Assembly (NCBI RefSeq): GCF_963921235.1
Contig: NC_086097.1
Coordinates: 33,668,001-33,732,000 of the forward strand
From: Mobula hypostoma
Lineage: Eukaryota
DNA: 64,000 nucleotides
Direction of reading: 5' to 3'
Below the pieces are notes generated by a model. That model did no database searches, was not told where the DNA came from, and was given only the letters and a program-made list of their open reading frames with translations. Numbering within the stretch: position 1 is the stretch's first letter; each line of letters starts with the position of its first letter. Positions 1 through 12,074 of this stretch are shown here, piece by piece. The position numbers and the translations under genes were made by a program.

Positions 1-77
1 CTGCCACAGCTGAGGTTTGAACTAGCGACCTTCAGATCACTAGACGAATGCCTTAACCACTTGGCCACGAGCCCAAC
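1..77 (-). mobile_element. tRNA-derived SINE head (runs off window start)
   Basis: Reverse complement has A box TGGCCAAGTGG and B box GTTCAAACC at tRNA-like spacing. Confidence 0.7.
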
Positions 78-200
78 AAACCTGTTCAACCTTTCCCTTT
101 AACTGAGGTCCTTAAGGCCCGGCATCGTTCTTGTACTCTTTCAATCTTATTTAAATTGTCCCTGTAGTTAGGCGACCAAAACTGGACACAATACTCTAAA

Positions 201-438
201 ACTCAGGAACAGCTTCTTCCTCTCTGCCATTCAATTCCTAAATGGACACTGAACCCATGAACACTACCTCACACTTTTATATTATTTCTGTTTTTGCATG
301 CTTTTTAATATATTTGATATACATATATTCTTACTGTAATTGCTTTACTTGTTTACTTTTTCTTTCTGCATTATCATTGAACTATTGCTAAGTTGTCAAA
401 TTTCATGACCCATGCTGGTGATAATAAACCTGATTCTG
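201..438 (+). mobile_element. 3' end of Rex1/Babar-like LINE inserted in the CR1
   Basis: RNSFF.SAI coding end and ...gataataaacctgattctga tail, same family as 54400-54625. Confidence 0.7.
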
Positions 439-1950
439 AAATTAGGCCTCATCAATTTCAACATAACATTCCAACTCCTGTACTCAATACATTGATTTAT
501 GAAGGCCAATGTGGCAAAAACTTCCTTTATAACCCTATCTACCTATGACACCACTTACAAGGAATTATGGATTTGTATTCCCAGATCCCTCTTTTACTGT
601 AGTCCTCAGTACCCTATTACCCTGTTTGATCCTCCCAAAGTGCAACATCTCACACTTATCTGCATCAAACTTCATCTGCCATTTTTCAGCCCACTTTTCC
701 AGCCGATCCAGATCCTGCTGAGAGCTTCCTCACTGTCCACTATGCCCCTAATCTTGGTGTCATCCATAAATTTGTTGATACATTTTACCGCATTATTGTC
801 CAGATCACTGATTATAGATGATAATTAGCACTGATCCCTACACCACACCACTTCTCACCGACCTCCAGTCCGAGGTAACCATCTACAAGCACTTCCACAG
901 AGCCAATGTCAAATCCAATTTACCAGCTCATATTGAATGCCAAGTGACTGAACCTTCTTGGCCATTACCCCCCCCCACCCCCATGTGGAACTTTGTCAAA
1001 TGACTTGCTAAAGTCCATGTAAACAATATCCATTGCTTTGTCTTCAACAACTTTGCTGGTAACTTCCGAGGAAGAACTGTTTAAGATTGGTTAGACATGA
1101 TTTACCACACACAAAGCCATGTTGATCTCTAATTAGTGCCTGTCTATCCAAATACTTAGATATCTGTTCCGTTTAGAATACCTTACAATGACTTTCCCAC
1201 GACTGATGTTAGGCTCTCTAGCCTATACTTTTGTGTCTTATTTTTAGACCCTTTCTTAAACAACAGAACAACATTAGCTATCCTCCAATCCTCTGGCATC
1301 TCATCCATGGCTAAGAATGTTTTAAATATCTCTGCTAGGGTCCCTGAAATTTCTGCAATAGCCTCCCAAAGGGTCTGAGGGAACACCTTATCAGGTCCTG
1401 GGGATTTATACACTCCAATTTGCCTCCAGACAACAAACACCTCCTCCTCTGTAATTTGTATACTGTCAATGACCTTGCTGCTGCCTTGCCTCCTTGCCTG
1501 ACTTCTGTAGACTCTGTGTCCATTTACCAAGTAGACACAGATACAAAAAATCCAGTTAAGATTTCCCCCATCTCTTTCGGCTCCATGCATAGATTACCAC
1601 TCTGCTCTTCCAGAGGACTAATTTTTTCCCTTGATATCCTTTTGGTCAGAACATGTATATCTGTAGAAATCCTTATTATTTTCCTTCACTTTATCTGCTG
1701 GAGCAACCTTGTGTCTTTCAGCTCTCTTGATTTCCTCTCGATTGTTCTCTTGCATTTCTTGTACTCCTCAAGTGCCTCATTTTCTCCTACCTGTCTATAC
1801 CTATTATGTACCTCCTTTTTGTTAACCGGGGTCTCAATATCGCTTGAAAACTAAGGTTCCCTTAACCTGTTATCCTTGCCTTTTATTTTGACAGGAACAT
1901 ATGAACTCCACACTCTCAAAATTTCACTTTTGAATCCTCCCACTTACCAA

Positions 1951-4900
1951 TCGGAATCAAGTTTATTATCACCGGCATGTGACATGAAGTTTGTTACCTT
2001 AGCAGCAGCAGTTCAATGCAATACATAATCTAGCAGAGACAGAAAAAAAATAGTAATAATAAATAAAAACATAAATAAACAAGTAAATTACATGTATTTA
2101 ATGGATTATTTAAAAATGTGCAAAAACAGAAATACTGTAGACAGGTTTGGTTTCCCCCCCATCCGAAGGTAGAGCGTTCCTATGAAACAGTTCGTAAGCC
2201 GGAAGGTCGTAAGGCGAAGAAGCAATTACCATTTATTTATATGGGAAAATTTTGTGAGCGTTCACAGACCCAAAAATAACCTACCAAATCATACCAAATA
2301 ACACACAAAACCTAAAATAACAGTAACATATAGTAAAAACAGGAATGATATGATAAATACACAGCCTATATAAAGTAGAAATACTTATCTACAATCATTG
2401 CCTGCACTGTTCTCTGTAGCGAAAATCTCACGCAAGCGCTCTCGGCAAAATCACGGCTCAAGCACTCTCCAGTAACCGTTAAGCTATGAAGCTGCCAAAT
2501 CATACCAAATAACACGTAAAAATACACAGCCGATATAAAGTAGAAATGTATGTACAGTGTAGTATCACTTACCGGAATCGGGACAGCACCGAGCACACTG
2601 GTGCTGGTGTGTTAGGCTGAGTCGTTGGAGATTGGTGTGGTGCTGTGGCCCCCACCCTCTGGGCCGCGAACCAATACCAATCCGCGAAGCATGCAGGGGT
2701 ACAGCGATAGCTGGGATGCACCCAACACATCTTTAAGAAAAAAGCCGAAATAAACAAGCTAATTAATTAAGTGCCGCCCAGTATGTAAATGTCAGCCCAG
2801 ATCAGAGGCGATGCGTCGCCTCTGATCTGGGCCGACATTTACATGTTGGGCGGCACCTAAGTAATTAGCTTGTTTATTTTGGCTCTTTTCTTAAAGATAT
2901 GCTGGGTGCGTCCCGGCTACCGCTGCATTCTCCGCGAATTGGTATCTGTCCGTGGCCCAGGGGTTAGGGTGGTGGGACACTCGGGTGTTATCTCATTATC
3001 GATCAGGGCAGACAGGTCATCTTCTTCTATGTCTGCGTTCCTCAATGTCGAAGATCAAGGTTCGTCATCAGCTGAAGGCTTGCTTGACAGCTAGCCTCAC
3101 GCATTTTTCTATCATACAGTTCTTTGTAAGTACTCAAACCATCCTGCAAATATGCCCTAAATCGACGTACCCTTTCAAAATTAAAGTCGTACTTTATCAT
3201 TGCAGTGAAAATCTCACGCAGTTGCATCACGTTCAGTTCCTGGACGACTTCACTTTCGGTCCGTTCGCTACTGCATTCGGTTTCGATTGTTATCCTTTCC
3301 TCTTCCAATTGCATCAGCTCTTCATCTATCAGTTCTCGGGCATGGGTTGCTAAAACCTCTTCAACATCATCTTCGTCAACTTCCACAAGCCAAACTCACT
3401 TTGTCCTTACTTCATTCACCACAATTGAAATGCTTAATTATGTCTAGTTTTACGCTAAGTGTAACACCCTTACGAACTCTTTCAGGCTTTTCCGATACCT
3501 TAGAACTCATCTTGCAAACGGCTGCTCACAAGCACGTGTTTATGCTGGCAAGAATGCAGTTCCGAATCCGGGGGAGAGCGGCTGCTCAGGCGCGCTGCCT
3601 TTTATCACGCGCTGCTTTTTCTCGCCCGCTGCCTTTTTTCGTAACAGTGAAAACACCTGTTAGCGAAAACAGGGAACTGATGTAGGTCTTTCGTAACAGT
3701 GAGGTTTCGTAAAGTGGATGTTCGAAAAGCGAGGGACACCTGTATTAAAAAAGTGAGGTAGTGTCCAAAGTTTTCAAAGTTCATTCAGGAATTGGATGGC
3801 AGAGGGGAAGAAGCTGTTCCTGAATCACTGAGTGTGTGCCTTCAGGCTTCTGTATCTCCTACCTGATGGTAACAGTGAGAAACGGGCATGCCATGGGTGC
3901 TAGAGGTCCTTAATAATGGACGCTACCTTTCTGAGACATCGCTCCCTAAAGATACCCTGGGTACTTTGTAGGCTAGTGCCCAAAATGGAGCTGACTAGAT
4001 TTACAACCTTCTGCAGTTTCTTTCGGTCCTGTGCAGTAGCCCCTCCATACCAGACAGTGATGCAGCCTGTCAGAATGCTCTCCACGGTACAACTATAGAA
4101 GTTTTTGAGTGTAATTGTTGACATGCCAAATCTCTTCAAACTCCTAATAAAGTATAGCTGCTGTCTTGCTGCCTTTATGACTACATCAATGTGTTGGGAC
4201 CGGGTTAGATCCTCAGAGATCTTAACACCCAGGAACTTGAAGCTGCTCACTCTCTTCACTTCTGATCCCTCTATGAGGATTGGTATGTGTTGCTTCGTCT
4301 TACCCTTCCTGAAGTCCACAATCAGCTCTTTTGTCTTACTGACGTTGAGTGCCAGGTTGTTGCTGCAGCACTATTCCACTAATTGGTATATCTCACTCCT
4401 GTACACCCTCTCGTCACCACCTGAGATTCTACCAACAATGGTTATATCATCAGCAAATTTATAGATGGTATTTGAGCTATGCTTAGCCACACAGTCATGT
4501 ATATATAGAGAATAGAGCAGTGGGCTAAACACACACCCCTGAGGTGTGCCAGTGTTGATTGTCAGCGAAGAGGATATGTTATCACCAATCTGCACAGATT
4601 GTGATCTTCCAGTTAGGTAGTCGAGGATCCAATTGCAGAGGGAGGTACAGAGGCCCAGGTTCTGCAACTTCTCAATCAGGATTGTGGGAATGATGGTATT
4701 AAATGCTGAGCTATAGTCGATGAACAGCATCCTGACATAGGTGTTTGTGTTGTCCAGGTGGTCTAAAGCCGTGTGAAGAGCCATGGAGATTGCATCTGCT
4801 ATTGACCTATTGTGATGATAGGCAAATTGCAATGGGTCCAAGTCCTTGCTGAGGCAGGAGTTCAGTCTAGTCATAACCAACCTCTCAAAGCATTTCATCA

Positions 4901-5290
4901 CTGTTGATGTGAGTGCTACCGGGTGATAGTTATTAAGGCAGTTCACATTATTCTTCTTGGTCACTGGTATAATTGTTGCCTTTTTGAAGCAAGTGGGAAC
5001 TTCTGCCCATAGCAGTGAGAGGTTGAAAATGTTGTTGAATACGCCAGCCAGTTGGTTGGCACAAGTTTTCAGAGCCGTACCAGCTACTCCATCGGGACCT
5101 TCTGCCTTGCGAGGGTTCACTTTCTTTAAAGACAACCTAACATCGGCCTCTGAGACAGAGATCAGAGGGTCATCAGGTGCAGCAGGGATCTTCATAGCTG
5201 TAGTTGTATTCTCCCTTTCAAAGCGTGCATAGAAGGCGTTGAGTTCATCTGGTAGTGAAGCATCACTGCCATTCATACTACTGGGTTTCC
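1951..5290 (-). mobile_element. 5'-truncated Rex1/Babar-like LINE (RT), interrupted by Tigger
   Basis: ORFs 4371-5321 ([34 protein letters not shown]) and 3900-4319 ([18 protein letters not shown]); tail at 1951. Confidence 0.9.
2142..3742 (-). mobile_element. Internally deleted Tigger/pogo DNA transposon
   Basis: Imperfect CAGGT...ACCTG termini with TA at the right end. Minus strand encodes an N-terminal HTH start (RKGVTLSVKLDIIK) joined to the Tigger-type C-terminus (EVDEDDVEEVLATH...); no DDE core. Confidence 0.8.
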
Positions 5291-5924
5291 CTTTGCCAGA
5301 AAGTAGCCTGTTCCAATCCACATTTATGAGATCCTTTCCGATCCCATGAAAATTGACCTTTGTCCAATTTGAATCTCAACCCAAGGACCAAACTTATCCT
5401 TTTCCATAATTAACTTGAAACTAATGGCATTATGATCACTAGATGCAAAATGTTCCCTGTATACAAACTTCTGTCACCTGTGCAGTGTCATCCCCTAATA
5501 AAATATCTAGTTAGGACTTCTATGTACTGATTGAGGAAATTTTCCTGAACACATTTAACAAACTCTTTCCCATCTAGCCCTTTTACAGTATTGGAGCCTC
5601 AGTCAATATGTGAAAAGTTAAAGTCACCAAAGCCTTCATTTCTCTGGAACCAAATGTACTTTGTCTCCTGTCGTCCACCTATAGCTTTAACTTTTTTTCT
5701 TTCTCGCTCCACTGATTCTATCTGATTTGATGAATTTTTAATTTCACATTTCCTACAACTACAGTGTTCTGCATCTCTTACTCATTTCTTCACTCTCTTA
5801 CCCCCTCACTAAGCAGGTTGAATGATTCGGGTCAATAGCCCTTCAGCTCTGTTGGAACGATCAATAACTTGAATTGATAACATTAAATATGTCACTCTTT
5901 ACCTGTGAATTTGTTTGGGTTGTC

Positions 5925-6570
5925 TATTGTGTCCGGTGCTTTGGATGGGGCCTCCTCCACATTGGTGAGACCTGAGGTAAATTGGGCAACCTCTGCATTG
6001 AGCACCTCTACTCATCCACCAAAAGCGGAACTTCCTGGTGGCCAAACATTTTATTTCCAATTTGCATTCCCGTTCCGACGTGTTGGTCCATGGCCTCGTG
6101 GCAAGATGAGGCCACCCTCAGGGTGGAGGAGCAACACCTTGTATTCTGTCTGGGTAGCCTCCAACCTGATAGCATGAATATCAATTTCTCCTTCTGGTTT
6201 TAAAAAAAATAATTTCTCTCCCCCTTCCTCCTCCTCTTGCCTCTTCTTACCTGCCTGTCACCTCCTTCTGAATCCCCTTCCCTTTCTCCTATGGTCCACT
6301 CTCCTCTCATATCAGATTCCTTCCTCTACCAGCCCTTCCTCTTTCCTACCCACCTGGTTTCACCAATCACCTTCTAGCTTTCCTCCTTTCCCTTCAGACC
6401 CCCCCCCCACCCATTGTTTTAATCTGGAGTCTTGCCCCTTCCTGTCCAGTTTTGAAAAATGGTCTTGGCCTGTAACAGCGACTGTTTATTCATTTCCATA
6501 GGTTCTGTCTGACTTGCTGAGTTCTTCAGCATTTTGTGTGTGTGATGCATCTGCAGACCTTCTAGTGTTT
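5925..6570 (+). mobile_element. Penelope-like element 3' fragment (GIY-YIG end plus pyrimidine-rich tail)
   Basis: EATLRVEEQHLVFCLGSLQPDSMNINFS; same family as 15704-17604. Confidence 0.85.
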
Positions 6571-7596
6571 AACATTACCGCTGTTTCTTTACTCTTGCCA
6601 TAAACATTGATTGCTGGGAATCACTGATGTTTTGGTGGGAGTGTATATTGGTTGTGTTCATCATTCATGTAATTGTCTAACAGAATGAAAAGAACGAGTA
6701 GGCGTTCTGTCAGAACTTACCGTTTTATAACACAGGTGTGATTTACTTTTTGCTAAAGTCTGACAGGAAACAGCTGCATGAAAGTAAATCAATTTTAGAG
6801 GCATGTAGCCCGACCTACACCGGGAACACATTTGGCTGTAAGTAAGCCAACATTAAAATGGTTAGTAAGGCGGTTTGTATGGTTTCCGAAGAACTTAGCA
6901 GACTTTATGTTCTAGTTCATGGTGAAAGACCTAAAGGATTTTTAAGTAAACTTTGAAAGCGGGCTGAGAGCTGAAACAAAATGTTGGTGGAGCTATGCAT
7001 ACAAGATGCTGAGTAATATCCTAATAATTTAACTATATGTTTATTTCATTGAACCTTGATGCAGTCAGTGCTGTGGAACTCGTTTATTTTATAAACTTTT
7101 CTTTTCTGCTCCTTTACCTTCAAACACTTATTCATTAGTTTGCATCGCCTGTTTTGTCCCTTTTGAACAGATGCTCTAACTCTAGATCCCCTGCAAAACA
7201 AGTTTAAATCCTCCAAGTCCACTCAGAAACTATCCCTCCGAGGTTGCTGATTCCAGACCTATCTAGGATGTAACTAGTTTGGCTGGTGTGGTTTCCACCT
7301 TCTCCAGAAACACTCATAATTCTTCTCAACAATATTTTCAGCCACATCCTCAGCTGCACTATCCTCCCTCTACACTTGCATGGGGCACCCAGAGAAATCC
7401 ATTCATTTCTACCTTGAGGCCCTGACATTCCCCCCCCACCCCCCACCAACATCTGCATGAAATTCATTTGAAATGTCTCATTGCCAGTGCTGAGAGTGGG
7501 TTAGGACCTCGGCTGCTCACTTTCCACATCGAGTGTTCTGCAGCTGGTCGGTGACATACTTGATCCTGGCGTGAGGGAAGTGAAAAGCCATAAACA

Positions 7597-7735
7597 CAGA
7601 AACCACAAAATGCTTGCGGACAGGCAGCAACTGTGGAAATGAATGAACAGTCGATATTTCAGGCCGTGATCCTTCATCAGGACTGAAAGGGAAAGGGGAA
7701 GAAGCCACAATAAAAAGGTTGGAGAAGGGGAAGTA
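7597..7735 (-). mobile_element. Penelope terminal fragment with hammerhead motif
   Basis: Matches the Penelope end at 15760-15880. Confidence 0.7.
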
Positions 7736-8391
7736 ACGTGCAACAGAAGAATTGTACCTGGCTATAAATCCCTGCCTATTTCACTAGGTATTAAATCCTT
7801 CATTATTTTTATTTGCTCTTTTGCCTTCTACAAAGCTTTGAGGCACCTTGGCTCTGATTATATTTTTTTGGGGAGTTACTGACCATTGCTATTGCCCATC
7901 GTGAGAGCAGATTACCAATTAAGAGAAGGATGTGCTCCTTGATCACCATACCACCACAGACATCCCACCCTGCAGAAACTCATTTCAGGGAGGTAGCACC
8001 TTCAATTTGCAGGAGACTCCCGGAACTTCCAGGAGAGGTGGGATGTCTGCTACCAAATCGCCTCCCTTTGCTTGACTGTAAGTCAGCTATTCTTTCTCTG
8101 CCTGAACACCCGAAGCTTCTGCATGACCCCAATCTGCATGATCTACTGTGTCAATGCCAGCTATCATTGCAGGCATAGAAATCCTGAGCTTGAACTTCTC
8201 AGTCTGACTCTGAGATGCATGTGATGGTCTAAGACCACAATTCCTCAACGTGGATGATATTGCCCCTGGGGGCAGTGGGAGTTTCTAAGGGGGCAATAAA
8301 GACAAAGGAGGCAGTGGGTGGGTGCTTGGTACCAAGGGGGGCAGCTGAGCGATTACAGGCTTAATTTAAGAAGTGAATTGCTTATTATAAG

Positions 8392-10640
8392 TGAAATCCC
8401 TTTTTACTGGGTGTCACTAGAGATGGGGCTTGTTAGCCACTTGCTAACAGCCACTGGACTCAGCAGTGACAAAATCACCTTTCTCAAACTCTGTACGTCT
8501 AGGGTTGGTATGACCTGGGTCCCACCAAAACCGGAAAGCTGGGACATCTCCACCACCTGAACCCCGATCCATGTAAGTACTGCCCCCATGCAGTCAGCCG
8601 TCGGCAAGAAATAACAGATTGTACACTGCATACAATTATAAAGAAAGTATATTTACAAATATCAGCTTTAATGAACAGTTAGTAGGAAAAAGAAGAGGAC
8701 AAAAATCAGAAGCGCCCATCTACAGTTAACCCAGTCCAAATGTGCACATAAGTTGGAGCTCGTCTTGAAGTTACCTTTAACTCACGCACTGGACCCACAG
8801 TCTGTGTGAAAGCACACACCACTTTCCGAATGTCACATGAAATTCACCTTGAACAAATGGGCTCCCCACGGGGGTATTGGTTCTTCCTTTTTGAAGCTAT
8901 TCGTCTGCACCAAGCACCTTGTGCACCAGGGACAGACCCTTAGTTACCTTCCTGCCGAAAAGGCCTCAATCCTCACCAGGGTCTGTCAGAAAAACTTCCT
9001 GATTGGCTGACAAAACATTCCTATGTTGAACAACATAGCCTCTTACCTTTAGCTCAAACCCAGACATGCTAAAAGCAGAACCATCTGCTCTTACTAAACT
9101 GCTAAAGTATAATGCCTATAGCATACTAGTAAAAATCTTAACCAAAGCATTACACTCTCTCCCCCCCCACCAAAAATAGTCATGCCCTCAAGACTTTGAA
9201 AATTATCAACCCATCATTAATAACAGTTTTCAAAGGTATTTCACGACGTCAGGACCTCCAATCCATTTGTAAATGGCAGTGACATATCTCACTGGGGGAC
9301 ACAACACTCTGTTCTCCCGGTGCATCATAGGCCAACCTATCTGGGGGGTTTCCTGACTCTTTGAGACCTCCTTGTTCTATCTTGGGCTCCTCCAGCTTCA
9401 ACCACCCCTTGTGACCCTTCCATCTATTAGAGGGTGCCTGCCCTGTCTATCTCTCCTGTCTTCAATGGTTCAGGTCCCCTTGCTCCATGTCTGAATTTAT
9501 CTTCCTTCAGTTTAAGCAGGTTCTGCCAAACATCTACAACCTCTGCCACTGCTACGCACTGCTCTTGCAGAACTGCTAAAATGAAATACCTATTCGGTTC
9601 TTTGCGGGAATGGGACCCGTTCTCGGGGTTTCAGGACCGGCCGTTGTTCTGCACACCAAGGGGTAGGCCTGAGAGACGGCCTAGTGTTTGGAGGCCTAAG
9701 ATCTCGGGGCTCTGGAGGTGGGCATGAAGACCTCAGATCTTTGCAATCTTTGGGCACAGAGCTCGTAAAAAGCAACAAAACAGACTTTTTAACATCGTAA
9801 ACCAGCGGGTTGTTGTTATGTCTCCCGCTCGCTGTGAAAATGGGGGATACTCCCTCTCCCTTATTAGGGAGAGAGAGAACCTGTGGGTTGCCAAATGCTG
9901 GATGAATTGCGATAGTCTTTGGGGTAACTACAAGGTCTGTGTCTTTGCCATCGCTTGGCTCACGATTGTGCTCGGTAGCAGGTGTGGTTTTTGTTTTGCC
10001 GGTGGGGGGGGGGGAATTGTTTAGGAGCTGAGAGGTTATGTTGCAGCTATATAGGACCCTGGTCAGACCCCACTTGGAGTACTGTGCTCAGTTCTGGTCA
10101 CCTCACTAGAGTAAGGATGTGGAAACTATAGAAAAGGTGCAGAGGAGATTTACAAGGATGTTGCCTGGATTGGGGAGCATTCCTTATCAGAATAGGTTGA
10201 GTGAACTTGGCCTTTTTTCCTTGGAGCGGCAGAGGATGAGCGGTGACCTGACAGAGGTGTATAAGATGATGAGAGGCATTGATTGTGTGGATAGTCAGAG
10301 GCTTTTTCCCAGGGCTGAAATGGCTAACATGTGAGGGCATAGTTTTAAGATGCTTAGAAGTAGGTACAGAGGAGATATCAGGAGTAAGTTTTTTACGCAT
10401 AGAGTGGTGAGTGTGTGAGATGGGCTGATGGTGACGGTGGTGGAGGCGGATACGATAGGGTCTTTTGAGAGACTCCTGGATAGCTACATTGAGCTTAGAA
10501 AAGTAGAGGACTGTGGGTAACCCTAGGTAATTTCTAAAGTAAGTACGTGTTCGGCACAGCATTGTGGGCTGAAGGGCCTGTATTGTTCTGTAGGTTTTCT
10601 ATGTTTCTATAGCAGTAAAAATCTGAACCAGGGGTTTACA
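8392..10640 (-). mobile_element. Degenerate LTR retrotransposon relic: LTR 8392-9154, PPT, short internal remnant, second LTR tip at ~10610-10640
   Basis: TG...CA ends; 4-bp TSD TAAG at 8388-8391 and 10641-10644; shared terminal motif agtaaaaatct.aacca....ttaca at 9128-9154 and 10614-10640; minus-strand polypurine tract 9155-9168. Confidence 0.65.
10021..10610 (+). mobile_element. CR1 3' fragment
   Basis: [27 protein letters not shown]; (ttctatgt)n tail. Confidence 0.9.
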
Positions 10641-11129
10641 TAAGCATTTGATCCTCAGTGCCTCATAATTGATTACAATGATCACATAATCACCTCATCT
10701 CTTGCTAGCCCTCTGTTCTCTTAAACTTTGCTTGAAGCACACTATAGTTGTTGAAAAACGATGAGACACTTCTGTATTGGCATATCATGAAAAATCTGGA
10801 CTGAAGAAATCGTGTTATTTCTGGGCCTGGTCATGTATTGTTGCCATTGACTACCATAGTAGAGTGTTATCTAGTACAATTTCCATACTGTGATCATGCA
10901 GTGACACAATTCCAGTGAGTGTAGTGTATGGCATTAAGTTCATGGGGTTAAGTTCAGAATCTACCCTTTTGAATGGTCTTCATCTCTAGCCCATGGTGGA
11001 ACCAATTTATAGCTACCCCACTATGTGCACCTTCAGGCAGAGGCAGGTTTTGTCTGAGCTACAATGTCATAACTCTCCTCTTTATTGATCGCAGTGCTTG
11101 AGGTTGGACTTAATTAATAGGCCGTGATC

Positions 11130-12070
11130 AACACATGTAAAATGCTGGAGGAACTCAGCAAGACAGGCAGCATCTATGGAAATTAATAAACAGTTGACGT
11201 TTCAGGCCAAGACCCTTCATCAAGACACAAAAGGAAGTGGGAAGATGACAAAGTAGAAGGTGGGGAGAGGGGAAAGAGGATTAGTTAGAAGGTGATGGGT
11301 GAAGCCAGGTGGGTGGAAAAGTTAAAAGAGCTGGAGAAGGAATCTGATAGGAGAGGAGAGTGGACCATGGGAGAAAAAGAAAAACGAGGGGCACTAGGGG
11401 GAGGTGATAGGCCGGTGAGGAGAAAAGGTAAGAGGCCAGAGTGGGGAATAGAAGGAGGAGGAAGACAGAGGGAAAAAATGACCAGAAGGAGAAATCGATG
11501 TTCATGCCATCTTTGAAGGCAACCTAGATGGAATATGAGTTGTTGCTCCTCCACTGTGAGAATGGTTTCATTGTGGCAGGAGAGGAGGCCACAGGCCAAC
11601 ATGTTGGAACGGGAATGGGATAGGAATTAAAATGATTGGCCATCAGTAAATTCTGCTTTTGGCAGATGGAGCAGAGCTGCCCAACAAAGGAGTCCCTCAA
11701 TTTATGTGGCGTCTCACCAATATAGAGGAGGCCTGGAGCACTGGATACAATAGATGACCCCAGCAAATTTGCAGGTGGAGTGTTGCCTCACCTGGAATGA
11801 TTGCTTGGGGCTCTGAATGGAGATGAGGAAGGAGATAAATGGGCAGGTGTAGCATGTCTCTCACAGGGATATGTGCTAGGAGGGGATTAGTGGGGAGTGG
11901 TGAATGGACAAGGGAATCCTGGAGGGAGTGATCCCTGTGGAGAGTGGTGGGGAAGTAATAATGTGTTTGGTGGCAGGATTCTGTTGAAGATGGTGGACGG
12001 AGGCTCATGGGGTGGTCAGTGAAGACAAGGGCACTCTATCTCTGTTAAGGTGGGGTGAGTGTGGATGTCA
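11130..12070 (-). mobile_element. Decayed Penelope-like element
   Basis: LYIGET and EEQQLIFHLGCLQ remnants; terminal sequence at 11130-11230. Confidence 0.85.
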
Positions 12071-12074
12071 GCTT

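Larger units (their letters stand above)
80..5630 (-). mobile_element. Decayed CR1 LINE, split by nested insertions (CR1 parts ~80-200, ~440-1950, ~5290-5630)
   Basis: ORF 1183-1590 reads KSPGPD...PEDWRIANV...KKG...YR.ESLTSVVGK; CR1 sequence stops at ...cccacttaccaa (1950) and resumes at ctttgccagaaa (~5290). Confidence 0.85.

Noticed and set aside
6600..7600. LGMN promoter or first exon
   Set aside because: Non-repetitive, but no CpG island, full CLEAR motif or strong donor site that I can support.
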